Shown here: one piece after another, positions 17,716 to 27,968 of the stretch
How positions within the stretch are numbered: position 1 is the first letter of the stretch
Layout of the letters: every line of letters starts with the position of its first letter
Sequence record: HF562234.1
DNA length: 32,000 nt
Strand: one strand, 5' to 3'
The notes under the pieces: generated by a model
Databases searched by the model: none
The model's input: only the letters and a program-made list of their open reading frames with translations
What the model was told of the DNA's origin: nothing
Program-made: the position numbers and the translations under genes

Positions 17716-18819
17716 ATGTTCAATTTTAATCAAGATATCCTCAAATTATGTAAAGAAGAATATTTAATCTATTCACGACACCTAATTCTAAATGAGATTG
17801 GTTTAGTTGGCCAACAAAGACTCAAACAGGCCAATATTTTATGTATAGGAGCTGGTGGTTTAGCATGTCCTGCTATTTTATATCTAGCTTCATCAGGAAT
17901 AGGATCTATTGGTATTATTGACAGTGATATAGTATCAATTTCAAACTTACATCGACAAGTTCTTTATACAAGAAATAATATTAATGAATTAAAAACTAAG
18001 TCTATTAAAAAAAGAATAGAAACCATTAATCCTTATTGTAAAACTCATATATATTCTTATAAATTAACTAAAGAGAATGCTTTAGACTTAATAAAAAATT
18101 ATGATCTTATTTTGGATACGAGTGATAATTTTGATACTAGATATATAATAGATGAAGCTTGTAATATACTACACAAAATACATATATACGGAGCTGTACA
18201 AAATTTCGAAGGACAAATAAGCGTTTTTAATTATAAAAATGGACCTAAATATTCAGAGATATATCCTCGAACTTCAGATTTAGAAATGAATAATTGTAAC
18301 AAGATTGGAATTCTAGGTATTGTACCAGGAATTATTGGTATTTTACAAGCGACAGAAGCGTTAAAAATAATACTTGGTATAGGGAAAATTTTAAGCGGAT
18401 ATATATTGATATATAATGCTCTTAATATGTCATTCTACACAATACAATTACCAATTACAAATACTCGTACAATTCTTAAAAATCAAACTAGTATATATAA
18501 AATAGAGCAAGCAAAAATTATATTAGTAAATGAACTAAAAAAGAAAATTGAATATAAAGAGCAAGTTTTCATAATTGACGTCAGACAGATTCAAGAATTC
18601 AATCAATATCATATTCATAATGCTTTTAATATACCATTACAAAAACTCAAACAAAAAAAATATATACAATTCATTTATCAAAATTTAATTAATAAAACTA
18701 TAATTATTTACTGTAGTAATAATTCTCGCTCTATTATAGGATCTCAAATATTAAATATACATAAGATTAATCACTACAGATTAAAAGATGGATTACTTAA
18801 ATGGTTACCAATGCAATAG
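17716..18819 (+). CDS. moeB: MoeB/ThiF-type E1-like adenylyltransferase fused to a C-terminal rhodanese domain, 367 aa
   Basis: The protein has the nucleotide-binding GAGGLACPAILYLASSGIGSIGIIDSDIVSISNLHRQ and a conserved catalytic-loop Cys (NNCNKIGILGIVPG). The C-terminal rhodanese-like domain has FIIDVRQIQEFNQYHIHNAFNIP and the active-site loop YCSNNSRS (C-X4-R). Confidence 0.82.
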   Translation: MFNFNQDILKLCKEEYLIYSRHLILNEIGLVGQQRLKQANILCIGAGGLACPAILYLASSGIGSIGIIDSDIVSISNLHRQVLYTRNNINELKTKSIKKRIETINPYCKTHIYSYKLTKENALDLIKNYDLILDTSDNFDTRYIIDEACNILHKIHIYGAVQNFEGQISVFNYKNGPKYSEIYPRTSDLEMNNCNKIGILGIVPGIIGILQATEALKIILGIGKILSGYILIYNALNMSFYTIQLPITNTRTILKNQTSIYKIEQAKIILVNELKKKIEYKEQVFIIDVRQIQEFNQYHIHNAFNIPLQKLKQKKYIQFIYQNLINKTIIIYCSNNSRSIIGSQILNIHKINHYRLKDGLLKWLPMQ

Positions 18820-18929
18820 AATGTTATCATAAAGAATAATTTGTAAATAGAAAATTAAAAATCTATAAAAACAAGTTTTATAATATAATCAATTTTATAC
18901 TTTCAATTAATTTAATTAATAAAACAAAT

Positions 18930-19403
18930 ATGAAAAAAAGCATAGAAATAATACTAATCAATTCTAATAATAAATTAGGAAAAAAAGGAGAGATAATTAA
19001 GGTTGCATCTGGTTACGCATTTAATTATTTGATTCCTAAACACATAGCTGAATTAGTCACAAAAGGTAAATTAAAGCATAATAATATGATTCAAAAAATA
19101 GAAGATCAAAAAGTAAAAGAAAAAACTATTCAATATAGTAAAATACAAGCACAACTACAAAAAATACCTAAAATTAGTATAAATAAAACAATTGGTGAAC
19201 GACAACAGATTTTTGGTAGCATAAACGAAAAAGAAATACTTAATACAATATTTAATTACACTGGTCAAAAATTTGAAAAGAAACAAGTAAAATTGCCAGA
19301 AATAAAACAATTGGGTATTTATTATTTCAATATTCAAATTCTCAATAATATTAGTTTAGATATTAAACTACAAATATTACCTAAACTAAAAGGATATATT
19401 TAA
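18930..19403 (+). CDS. rpl9: 50S ribosomal protein L9
   Basis: IEIILINSNNKLGKKGEIIKVASGYAFNYLIPKHIAELVT is the L9 N-terminal domain pattern. The protein is 157 aa. Confidence 0.88.
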   Translation: MKKSIEIILINSNNKLGKKGEIIKVASGYAFNYLIPKHIAELVTKGKLKHNNMIQKIEDQKVKEKTIQYSKIQAQLQKIPKISINKTIGERQQIFGSINEKEILNTIFNYTGQKFEKKQVKLPEIKQLGIYYFNIQILNNISLDIKLQILPKLKGYI

Positions 19404-19479
19404 AAAAAGATTTTTTACTAAATTTATTATAAAATTAAAAAATATTATTAGTAAATTCTAAAGAAAAATTAATTTTATT

Positions 19480-19508
19480 GCATATATGATGTTCAAAAAC
19501 ATATATGC
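19480..19508. repeat. 9-bp perfect inverted repeat (gcatatatg N11 catatatgc) between rpl9 and dnaB
   Basis: This was read directly from the sequence. It lies 77 nt after the rpl9 stop and 36 nt before the dnaB ATG. The function is unknown; it could be an RNA hairpin or a protein-binding site. Confidence 0.35.
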
Positions 19509-19543
19509 AAACATATTTAAACTTTGTTTTATTAAAATAAAAC

Positions 19544-21340
19544 ATGCATAACTTACAACAACACTTTTTACCACCTCAAAATTATATAGCAGAAGAAATT
19601 CTTTTAGGAAGTCTCATAGTTAAGCCTGCATTATTTGACTTAATTTTTCAATCTTTAAGAATAGAATGCTTATTTTTAGAAAGTCATAGAATAATATACA
19701 GAAATTTAATTACTATTCACAAAAAAAAAGAGATTAGTGCTATAAATTTAATTTATTCACTTCAAAACGGACGGATGCTTCACATCATAGGTGGCATAAA
19801 TAAAATCATTACAATTATTAAACAAAGTCAAACTCTTACTGATTCTATTCATAGCAATTTTTATATTAATGAAATTATAAAAATTATTTATGAAAACTAT
19901 ATAAAAAGATTAATTATACAATACGGGTACAATATTGTCTTATTAACACATAATAAAAAAATATCTAATGAACAATTATTTTTTAAATTATCACAATATA
20001 TTAATTATATTAGAGACAAAGCCAATTTTAAAAATATTGACAACTTACAAATGCTAATTGGCAATTTGGTTTCAAATATACAATATAAAAATTGTAATTT
20101 AATTTATTTGAGTCATAATATATCTTCAGGATTTGAAGAACTTGATAATTTAATTCATGGTCTTCCAAACGGTGACTTAATTGTAATTGCTGGCAGACCT
20201 TCAATGGGTAAAACGTCTTTTGTTACTAATATTGCTTATAATATTTTACAAACAAGTAAAGTAAGACTATGTATATTTACGTTAGAAATGACGAAAATGC
20301 AAATATTACATAAATTGATATCTGTAGGCTCTACGATTCCAGTACATGATATTTTATATGGTCATATCAATATAAATGAATGGCGTTTAATACAATATAT
20401 ATGTGATAATTTACTTAAAGCACGAATTTATATCAATGATATTGCAAGTGTATCAATTGATGAGATTATATATATTTCAAAATTTATTATAAAAGGAGAA
20501 AATTGTAAAAGTATTATTATTATTGACTATTTACAATTAATACAAGCAAGCAATCTAAAAGTAGAAAGTAGGGCACAAGAGTTAAGCTATATTACACGAC
20601 AATTAAAGATATTAGCACAAAATTTAAATGTGCCTGTTATTATTCTTTCACAATTAAATAGAAATATAGAAACTAGAATAAATAAAAAGCCTATTTTATC
20701 TGACTTAAAAGAAAGTGGATGTATTAGTTATAAAATGTTGAATCATGTTGATGACTGCAATGCACTGAATATCAAAAATCTTATAAAATACAAACATGTA
20801 ATGTATCTAAATAATATAGAATTTAAATCTTCTACAATTAAAAAATTAAATAAAAATAACTATACGGATAAAATATATTTATTCAATCAATATATATTTA
20901 ATTGCTACATGTGCAATAAATATCAAATATATATAACAAGTAATCATAAGATTTTTAATCATAACAATTGGTTTATACAAAATCAAATAAGTAAAGAAGA
21001 GACTATCTTATCTTATATGACTACTCTTTATAATAAGCTGCAAATTACAAGGTATTTCCTAACAAAAATTAATTTTAATCAATATAATTTAGTGTATGAT
21101 TTAAAAAGAAAACATTACACTAATTATATTAGTAATCATATTATTTTACATAATTCAATCGAACAAGATGCTGATATCGTAATTATGTTGCATTGCAATA
21201 TACTTAATTCAGAAATAAAAATAGATTCTAAAATTTTAGATATAACTATTACTAAAAATAGAAATGGTTCTACTGGATGCTTTCAATTATTATTTCATCC
21301 TCAAAATACAAGCTTCTCTAACATAAAGAGTGTAAAATAA
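19544..21340 (+). CDS. dnaB: replicative DNA helicase DnaB interrupted by a mini-intein (598-aa precursor; 453-aa spliced helicase)
   Basis: The N-terminal LPPQNYIAEEILLGSLI is the DnaB pattern. Walker A is AGRPSMGKTSF, and IIIDYLQL and SRAQELSYITRQLKILAQNLNVPVIILSQLNR are present. The conserved DLKESG|SIEQDADIV motif is split by 145 extra residues. Confidence 0.93.
   Translation: MHNLQQHFLPPQNYIAEEILLGSLIVKPALFDLIFQSLRIECLFLESHRIIYRNLITIHKKKEISAINLIYSLQNGRMLHIIGGINKIITIIKQSQTLTDSIHSNFYINEIIKIIYENYIKRLIIQYGYNIVLLTHNKKISNEQLFFKLSQYINYIRDKANFKNIDNLQMLIGNLVSNIQYKNCNLIYLSHNISSGFEELDNLIHGLPNGDLIVIAGRPSMGKTSFVTNIAYNILQTSKVRLCIFTLEMTKMQILHKLISVGSTIPVHDILYGHININEWRLIQYICDNLLKARIYINDIASVSIDEIIYISKFIIKGENCKSIIIIDYLQLIQASNLKVESRAQELSYITRQLKILAQNLNVPVIILSQLNRNIETRINKKPILSDLKESGCISYKMLNHVDDCNALNIKNLIKYKHVMYLNNIEFKSSTIKKLNKNNYTDKIYLFNQYIFNCYMCNKYQIYITSNHKIFNHNNWFIQNQISKEETILSYMTTLYNKLQITRYFLTKINFNQYNLVYDLKRKHYTNYISNHIILHNSIEQDADIVIMLHCNILNSEIKIDSKILDITITKNRNGSTGCFQLLFHPQNTSFSNIKSVK
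20720..21154 (+). mobile_element. DnaB mini-intein, 145 aa, no homing-endonuclease domain
   Basis: The insert begins with Cys (CISYKML, block A) immediately after ...DLKESG and ends ...NHIILHN followed by Ser (SIEQDADIV). An internal TxxH block B (YITSNHKIF) and an F/G-like LVYDL...NYISNHIILHN are present. This is the same insertion point as the Synechocystis and red-algal plastid DnaB inteins. Confidence 0.88.
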
Positions 21341-21402
21341 TATATAGTCTTTTATTCAATAAACTTGCAATAAATTTTGTATTTTGCTATTGTAGTTCAG
21401 TA

Positions 21403-21475
21403 GCCGGGATAGCTCAGTTGGTAGAGCAGTGGATTGAAAATCCTCGTGTCACCAGTTCAAATCTGGTTCCTGGCA
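21403..21475 (+). tRNA. trnF: tRNA-Phe (anticodon GAA)
   Basis: GCCGGGATAGCTCAGTTGGTAGAGCAGTGGATTGAAAATCCTCGTGTCACCAGTTCAAATCTGGTTCCTGGCA has anticodon loop TT-GAA-AA. Confidence 0.93.
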
Positions 21476-21504
21476 ATTGAATATATACTATAGTATATAT
21501 TTTT

Positions 21505-23973
21505 TTATGATGATAATACCTCTAATTTTTCTCCTAATAGAACTGTTACTTTACCATCATCATTTACATCCACGACAGCACTATCGCCTGCTTTTATTTT
21601 TCCAGACAGAACTTCTTCTGCTAAACTATCTTCCAAAAGTCTCATAACAGCACGGCGTAGTGGACGAGCACCATAACTAGGATTATAGCCTTCATCTACT
21701 AAACGATTTTTAAATCTTTCTGTAACATCTAATTCTATTTCTTGTTGCTTAATACGCTCAAATACTTCTTGTAACATAATATCTGCTATTTCTCGAACTT
21801 CATCTTTAGTCAATTGTCTAAATACAATAATTTCATCTAATCTATTTAAAAATTCTGGGCGAAAATATTGCTTTAACTCTTCATTGACTAATGACTTAAT
21901 ACGATTATATTGAGATTCTGTTTGAGATTCGCCTAATTCAAAACCAAGACTACCACCTCCTTTTTCAATAACTTTAGAACCGATGTTAGATGTCATTATC
22001 AACAAAGTATTTTTAAAATCAATTGTTCTACCTTTAGCATCAGTTAATCGTCCATCTTCTAAAATTTGTAATAAAAGATTAAAGATATCTGGGTGAGCTT
22101 TTTCAATCTCATCAAAAAGAATTACGGTATATGGCCTTTTTCTAACAGCTTCCGTCAAATAGCCTCCTTCACTATATCCAACATAACCAGGAGGAGAACC
22201 TATTAATTTTGACACTGTATGTCTTTCCATATATTCGGACATATCTAAACGCACCATTGCTTGTTGCGCACCAAAAAAATATGACGCTAATGCTTTAGTT
22301 AATTCTGTCTTACCAACGCCAGTAGGGCCAGAAAAAATAAAGCTAGCTATGGGCCTGTTAGGATTTTTTAAACCTACTCGTGCTCTCCTAATAGCTCTTG
22401 AGACAGCAACTACAGCTTCATCTTGACCTATAATACGACTGTGTAATGTTTCCTCCATATGCATCAATTTTTCAGATTCACTTTTAGTTAGCTTAGTTAC
22501 AGGAATCCCTGTCCAAAATGCAACTATTTCAGCGATATCTTCTTCTGTAACAATAGGATCTTCTATTTGTAAATCTGGCTCACTTTTTTTACTTTGTGCA
22601 ATTGCAGCAATTTGAGCTTTGATTTCCATTTCACGTGTTCTATACTGCTCTGCTTTTTCATATTTTTGAGCTCTTATTGCTTCATCTTTCGTTTTTAATA
22701 CTGATCTCAATTCTTTATCTAACTCTCTTGCAGCAGGTGGTAGTTGAGAATTTAGTAAACGTACACGAGAACCTGCTTCATCAATTAAATCAATTGCTTT
22801 ATCTGGCAAAAATCTATCTGAAATATATTGATTAGCATATTTAGCTGCCGCAGCTAAAGCACTATCTGACATTTTCAGCTGATGATGTTTCTCATAACGA
22901 TCTCTCAAACCAAATAAAATTTCTATCGTTTCTTCAACACTTGGCTCACCTACTAATACTGGCTGAAAACGCCTTTCTAATGCAGCATCTTTTTCTATGT
23001 GCTTACGATACTCTTCAAGAGTAGTAGCTCCTATACACTGCAATTCACCTCGGGCTAATGCTGGCTTCAATAGATTTGCAGCATCTATTGCACCTTCAGC
23101 TGCACCTGCACCTATTAATGTATGAACTTCATCTATAACTAAAATTACATTATCTGCAGACTTAATTTCATCCATAATTCTTTTTAATCTTTCTTCAAAC
23201 TCACCTCTATATTTTGTCCCTGCAACTAAAAGTCCAACGTCTAATGTAACAACTAGCTTATCTTCTAAAATAGAAGGAATGTCCCTATTAGCTATTCTTT
23301 GAGCTAAACCTTCTGCAATAGCAGTTTTACCAACACCTGGTTCGCCTATTAATACAGGATTATTTTTAGTTCTACGACCTAAAATTTGAATTACTCGCTC
23401 TATTTCTTTTTGCCTACCAACAACAGGATCTAGTACACCTTCTATTGCTAACTCAGTTAAATTTGATCCAAATTCTTCTAAAGTAGGTGTTTTGCTTCTT
23501 GCTTGCATATTGCTATTACCATTAGCACTAGCTTCTGCATTATCACCTAACATTTGAATGACTTCTGTTCTAATAGAAGAAACATTTACAGCCAAATTTT
23601 CTAGTACACGTGCAGCAACTCCTTCACCTTCACGTACTAATCCCATCAATAAATGTTCTGTACCTATATAATTATGGCCTAACTGTCTTGCTTCTTCTAA
23701 TGATAATTCAAGAACTCGTTTTGCCCTAGGAGTAAAAGGTATTTCCACTGCAACAAACCCAGAACCACGACCAATAATTTTTTCTACTTCTATTCGAGCA
23801 TCTTTTAAATTAACGTTCATGGATTTTAAAACTTGTGCAGCAATACCTGTTCCTTCACCAATTAGACCTAAAAGGATTTGTTCTGTACCAACAAAATTAT
23901 GGCCTAATCTTCTTGCTTCTTCTTGAGCTAACATTATAACTTTAATAGCTTTTTCTGTAAAACGTTCAAACAT
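21505..23973 (-). CDS. clpC: ATP-dependent Clp protease ATP-binding subunit ClpC, 822 aa
   Basis: The protein has [38 protein letters not shown] (Clp_N repeats), two AAA+ modules ([20 protein letters not shown]), the UVR-like middle region and the C-terminal GARPLRRA. Confidence 0.97.
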   Translation of the reverse strand: MFERFTEKAIKVIMLAQEEARRLGHNFVGTEQILLGLIGEGTGIAAQVLKSMNVNLKDARIEVEKIIGRGSGFVAVEIPFTPRAKRVLELSLEEARQLGHNYIGTEHLLMGLVREGEGVAARVLENLAVNVSSIRTEVIQMLGDNAEASANGNSNMQARSKTPTLEEFGSNLTELAIEGVLDPVVGRQKEIERVIQILGRRTKNNPVLIGEPGVGKTAIAEGLAQRIANRDIPSILEDKLVVTLDVGLLVAGTKYRGEFEERLKRIMDEIKSADNVILVIDEVHTLIGAGAAEGAIDAANLLKPALARGELQCIGATTLEEYRKHIEKDAALERRFQPVLVGEPSVEETIEILFGLRDRYEKHHQLKMSDSALAAAAKYANQYISDRFLPDKAIDLIDEAGSRVRLLNSQLPPAARELDKELRSVLKTKDEAIRAQKYEKAEQYRTREMEIKAQIAAIAQSKKSEPDLQIEDPIVTEEDIAEIVAFWTGIPVTKLTKSESEKLMHMEETLHSRIIGQDEAVVAVSRAIRRARVGLKNPNRPIASFIFSGPTGVGKTELTKALASYFFGAQQAMVRLDMSEYMERHTVSKLIGSPPGYVGYSEGGYLTEAVRKRPYTVILFDEIEKAHPDIFNLLLQILEDGRLTDAKGRTIDFKNTLLIMTSNIGSKVIEKGGGSLGFELGESQTESQYNRIKSLVNEELKQYFRPEFLNRLDEIIVFRQLTKDEVREIADIMLQEVFERIKQQEIELDVTERFKNRLVDEGYNPSYGARPLRRAVMRLLEDSLAEEVLSGKIKAGDSAVVDVNDDGKVTVLLGEKLEVLSS

Positions 23974-24051
23974 ATATTAAAGAACTAGTTAAATATTTTA
24001 TTACCTTTGATACTAAATAATAATAACATAACAGAAAACATAAATTAAGAT

Positions 24052-24498
24052 CTATGATAAAAGAATTGTAAAAATTAAGTAACGTCTCAATATATTTTTA
24101 CTCAATAGCTTAGAATTAATTAAGCTATAAGCTGTTGAAATATTATTATTTGATTTATACAGTTGATTAGGATAATAATTAAATCTTTTAGCTATAATTT
24201 GAAAACCTATCCAATAATATAAACTGAAAGTATAAATATTCACAAAATTAACATCAAGAATAAGTAGATATAATGAATTAAAGTTTAATACAAAATATAA
24301 CAAACACATTAATAATCCCAACTTATATTTAATTATTGACTTACAATAATAACTAAAGAATGAAATGACATAATAGTTACTAGTAAATATATTTTGTAAG
24401 ACTATACTAGCTTGAATATAAATATAAAATTTATTAACTATACAAATGTATAAATTATGATTAGATGATGAATGTTTATCAGATTTTATGAAATACAT
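24052..24498 (-). CDS. hypothetical hydrophobic protein, 148 aa, 3-4 possible transmembrane segments, family not recognised
   Basis: This ATG-initiated 148-codon open frame has the same orientation as clpC and lies 78 nt upstream of it. It is rich in Tyr/Phe/Ile/Leu/Asn. A frame this long is unlikely to stay open by chance in such AT-rich DNA, but I recognised no motif. Confidence 0.4.
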   Translation of the reverse strand: MYFIKSDKHSSSNHNLYICIVNKFYIYIQASIVLQNIFTSNYYVISFFSYYCKSIIKYKLGLLMCLLYFVLNFNSLYLLILDVNFVNIYTFSLYYWIGFQIIAKRFNYYPNQLYKSNNNISTAYSLINSKLLSKNILRRYLIFTILLS

Positions 24499-24928
24499 AT
24501 AAAATATAACTAAGCTTTAATTTTAACTATAATATAAATTATTTAACTCACCAATTACTTTTTTTAATATTTAAATAAATATCTATACGCTATTATAATA
24601 TATTTGCTATAAACTCTTATTGATCTTTAATGAAATTGCTAATCTCAATTATATTTTTTGTCATTACAATTAAAGTTAGAATAAAAAAAGCAGAGTTTAT
24701 TGTTGAATTATTTCAATAAATCTAAAATGTGGATGTTATTATTACTATAATTTTAATATTTTTTAAATATTAAAAAAAAAGAAGACATAATAAGTAATTT
24801 ATGCAAAGCTGTTATAATAAATTCCAAGTATTACTTATCAAAAGAATTAATGAAGAATATCATTATAAAATAAACCAAAAAATATAATTTTTTTCTTGGC
24901 ATTATATTATCTATACATGATTAAAGTA

Positions 24929-24958
24929 TTGACGAATAATAACAATATTAAATACAAT
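24929..24958 (+). promoter_or_regulatory. candidate sigma70-type promoter for rpl19 (TTGACG-N18-TACAAT)
   Basis: TTGACG lies at 24929-24934 and TACAAT at 24953-24958, 34 nt upstream of the rpl19 ATG. Confidence 0.35.
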
Positions 24959-24991
24959 AAAATTAAATCATAATATCTAATATATATACTC

Positions 24992-25360
24992 ATGGATTTT
25001 ACAGTACAAAAGAAGTCAAATATTATATCTCAAATAGAAAAAAATTTTTTCAAGCAAAATATTCCGAATATTAATGTGGGAGATAGTGTTAAAATAGGTT
25101 TAATAATACAAGAAGGAAACAAAGAAAGAACACAAATATCTGATGGAGTTATAATATCAAAAAATAATGCTCATCTTAATACCACTATTACTGTTCGAAA
25201 AGTATTGCAAAATATAGGTGTAGAAAAAGTATATTTAATACATTCACCAAGAATTATAAGTATTGAAGTCACAAGAAAATCAAAAGTTCGTAGAGCAAAA
25301 TTATATTATTTAAGACAAAGATCTGGTAAAGCTACACGCTTAAAACAAAAATTTATTTAA
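24992..25360 (+). CDS. rpl19: 50S ribosomal protein L19
   Basis: IPNINVGDSVKIGLIIQEGNKERTQISDGVIISKNN...KVYLIHSPRIISIEV....KVRRAKLYYLRQRSGKA is the L19 pattern. Confidence 0.92.
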   Translation: MDFTVQKKSNIISQIEKNFFKQNIPNINVGDSVKIGLIIQEGNKERTQISDGVIISKNNAHLNTTITVRKVLQNIGVEKVYLIHSPRIISIEVTRKSKVRRAKLYYLRQRSGKATRLKQKFI

Positions 25361-25393
25361 CACTTATTTATCATATAATAGATATAGGTAATT

Positions 25394-25467
25394 GGATACA
25401 TAGCTCAGATGGTTAGAGTATTACGTTGACATCGTAAAGGTCACTGGTTCGATTCCAGTTGTATCTA
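25394..25467 (+). tRNA. trnV: tRNA-Val (anticodon GAC)
   Basis: GGATACATAGCTCAGATGGTTAGAGTATTACGTTGACATCGTAAAGGTCACTGGTTCGATTCCAGTTGTATCTA has anticodon loop TT-GAC-AT and a G1-U72 wobble at the top of the acceptor stem. Confidence 0.88.
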
Positions 25468-25559
25468 CATCTTTTATTTAACATAAAATTTAAGTTGTTA
25501 CATTTATTGCTTTTTTGTAATTAATTTGTTAACTTATATTTACCCTATAAATTTTGATA

Positions 25560-25641
25560 GGGTCGGTGCCCGAGTGGTTAATGGGGGCGGACTGTAAATC
25601 CGCTGGCTTTGCCTACGTTGGTTCAAATCCAACCCGGCCTA
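25560..25641 (+). tRNA. trnY: tRNA-Tyr (anticodon GUA), long variable arm
   Basis: GGGTCGGTGCCCGAGTGGTTAATGGGGGCGGACTGTAAATCCGCTGGCTTTGCCTACGTTGGTTCAAATCCAACCCGGCCTA has anticodon loop CT-GTA-AA and a class II variable arm. Confidence 0.9.
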
Positions 25642-25660
25642 GTTTTTTTTGCAAAATTTA

Positions 25661-25732
25661 GCCCTTATAGCTCACTGGTAGAGCATCTTCTTGGTAAGGA
25701 GAAGGCAATGAGTTCAATTCTCATTAAGGGCT
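25661..25732 (+). tRNA. trnT: tRNA-Thr (anticodon GGU)
   Basis: GCCCTTATAGCTCACTGGTAGAGCATCTTCTTGGTAAGGAGAAGGCAATGAGTTCAATTCTCATTAAGGGCT has acceptor stem GCCCTTA/TAAGGGC and anticodon loop TT-GGT-AA. Confidence 0.9.
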
Positions 25733-25777
25733 TACATAAATTTTATATTTATCTAATTTTTATTTATTATACAGAAT

Positions 25778-27535
25778 CTAATTAAGTAATGAATTAGTTA
25801 CTTTAGATTGCTTTATAATACCTATCATTTGTGCATTACTTTTGCCTGGTGCAACCATTGGATAACAATTATCATCTTCTGTAACTTTACAATCTAGTAA
25901 ACAAGGTCCATTGCAATTCAAAAAAGATTCCAAGATCGTGTCGATATCCTTACGTAGCGTTAACTCAAATCCTGCAATTCCAAACGATTTTGCTAATTCT
26001 ATAAAATTAGGAGAACCTTTTTCCATATTGGAATGAGAATAACGTTCACCATAAAAAGCTTGTTGCCATTGTCTAACCATACCTTGCCATTTATTATTAA
26101 TAATGATAATTTTTATTGGTAAATTATACTGAGCAATAGTACCTAATTCTTGAAGATTCATTTGAAAACTAGCATCACCACTAACACAAACAACTTTTTC
26201 ATTAGGATATGCAATTTGTACACCTATAGCAGCTGGAAGACCATAACCCATAGTACCTAGACCAGCACTAGAAATCCAATGACGAGGTAAAACATTAAGA
26301 AATTGCGCTGCCCACATTTGATGCTGACCTACGTCAGTTGTAAAATATGCATTAGGTTCCATTATGCATAAGGAAGATAAAATCTCTTGAGAGGATAAAG
26401 TGTTAACATTTGTTGGTACTAATAATGGATATTGATGTTTCCACAAATCAATTCTTTCTCTCCATGACCTCGTTTGATCCGTTGTATACAAAATATTCTG
26501 ATTATTTTCAATATAGTCCATAATATCTTGTAAAACATTATTAATATCTCCAATAATAGCTAATTGCGGTATTCTATTTTTACCTACTTCAGCTGGATCA
26601 ATATCAATATGAATAACTTGAGCATTACAGGCAAATTCATCTAATTTGCCTGTAACTCTATCATCAAAACGAGCACCTAAAGCAATTAATAAATCACTTT
26701 CACTAACAGCAAAGTTAGCATATGCTGTACCATGCATGCCAAGCATACCTAAAGATAAATCATCTTTTTCATCAATAATTCCTTTACCCATTAAAGTTGT
26801 TGTTATAGGTATTTGAAATTTAACAGCTAATTCCTTTATAACTTGGTGAGCACCAGAAATTATCGATCCACCACCAACATATAATAAAGGTTGACTAGAA
26901 TTCTCTAATAGTTTTATAAATTTTATAATTTGTTTATTATTTGGCTTTAAAAAAGGCCTACAACCTAACAAAAAAACTTGTCCTGGATCAATAGGATTAT
27001 ACACAAATTTCTCCAAACCTACATCTTTAGGAACATCAATTAATACTGGACCGGGTCTACCATGTTGTGCTATATAAAAAGCTTCAGAGATTATCTTTGA
27101 CATATTTCTAGGATCTCTAACAACATAAGAATGTTTGACGATTGGTAAAGTTATACCAAAAATATCAACTTCTTGAAAAGCATCTGTACCTATGAATGGT
27201 CTAGCAACTTGACCTGTAATTAATAATAAAGGAACAGAATCCATTTGTGCAGTTGCAATACCTGAAACTAAATTTGTTGCACCTGGTCCAGATGTTGCAA
27301 AACAAACACCTACTTTTCCAGTAGATCTAGAATAACCATCAGCAGCATGTGCAGAACCTTGTTCATGCCTTGACAAAATATGTCTAATCTTACCAGATTT
27401 TTCCCATCTGTATAATTCGTCATATATAGGCAGAATTGCTCCACCAGGGTATCCAAATATATATTCAACGTTATGTCTAACTAAACTATCAAGTAAAGCA
27501 AAAGCTCCAGTTACTTTATTATGACTTATGGACAT
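25778..27535 (-). CDS. ilvB: acetolactate synthase (acetohydroxy-acid synthase) large subunit, 585 aa
   Basis: The protein shows the ThDP-enzyme pattern: [49 protein letters not shown], and the ThDP-binding motif [14 protein letters not shown]...[14 protein letters not shown]. Confidence 0.95.
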   Translation of the reverse strand: MSISHNKVTGAFALLDSLVRHNVEYIFGYPGGAILPIYDELYRWEKSGKIRHILSRHEQGSAHAADGYSRSTGKVGVCFATSGPGATNLVSGIATAQMDSVPLLLITGQVARPFIGTDAFQEVDIFGITLPIVKHSYVVRDPRNMSKIISEAFYIAQHGRPGPVLIDVPKDVGLEKFVYNPIDPGQVFLLGCRPFLKPNNKQIIKFIKLLENSSQPLLYVGGGSIISGAHQVIKELAVKFQIPITTTLMGKGIIDEKDDLSLGMLGMHGTAYANFAVSESDLLIALGARFDDRVTGKLDEFACNAQVIHIDIDPAEVGKNRIPQLAIIGDINNVLQDIMDYIENNQNILYTTDQTRSWRERIDLWKHQYPLLVPTNVNTLSSQEILSSLCIMEPNAYFTTDVGQHQMWAAQFLNVLPRHWISSAGLGTMGYGLPAAIGVQIAYPNEKVVCVSGDASFQMNLQELGTIAQYNLPIKIIIINNKWQGMVRQWQQAFYGERYSHSNMEKGSPNFIELAKSFGIAGFELTLRKDIDTILESFLNCNGPCLLDCKVTEDDNCYPMVAPGKSNAQMIGIIKQSKVTNSLLN

Positions 27536-27669
27536 ATTTAATCCTTATAAATTAATGAAAATAAATAAATAGATATAATAAAAAAAGAAGATTTAAATAT
27601 AACACTATATATAATATTATATATGTCTAATTTTTATTTTAAATTTATTTATTTTTCCTTATTAATTTA

Positions 27670-27867
27670 TTAATTTATCGCAAGCATTAGCCTTAAAAGT
27701 GTGTATGTTGATGTTATAATTAGCAAGACAATTATAACTGTAAAAAATCTCTTTTTTTTATCCTTTAATAACTCAAAAATTGGGTAAAGAGTTGTCAAGA
27801 AAAACCCTGCAATTACAGAAATTAAAAATCTTGGAAATTTACTTATATTCTCCCAAAAAGTATTCAT
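27670..27867 (-). CDS. ycf33: small conserved plastid/cyanobacterial membrane protein Ycf33, 65 aa
   Basis: The N-terminal FWENISKFPRFLISVIAGFFL matches my recollection of the Ycf33 pattern (FW.N....PRF.IS). The protein has two hydrophobic segments. Confidence 0.65.
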   Translation of the reverse strand: MNTFWENISKFPRFLISVIAGFFLTTLYPIFELLKDKKKRFFTVIIVLLIITSTYTLLRLMLAIN

Positions 27868-27968
27868 ATGTTATATTAGTAAGATGTATATATGTTTTCT
27901 TTTTAAAATAATTAACAATAAAATTTTTTGCAAATTATTCAAATTTTTATTAAATGGAATAAATTAAA

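Noticed and set aside
24630-24719. A 29-codon hydrophobic ORF (MKLLISIIFFVITIKVRIKKAEFIVELFQ) upstream of rpl19 that could be a small thylakoid peptide
   Set aside because: It does not resemble any small PSI, PSII or b6f subunit I know (petN, petL, petG, psaM, psaI, psbI, psbM, psbT, ycf12). It has no SD, and ORFs of this length arise easily by chance.
24751-24775. An 11-bp A/T-only hairpin (ttttaatattt ttt aaatattaaaa)
   Set aside because: It is a pure A/T low-complexity palindrome with negligible stability. Such sequences are expected by chance in this spacer.
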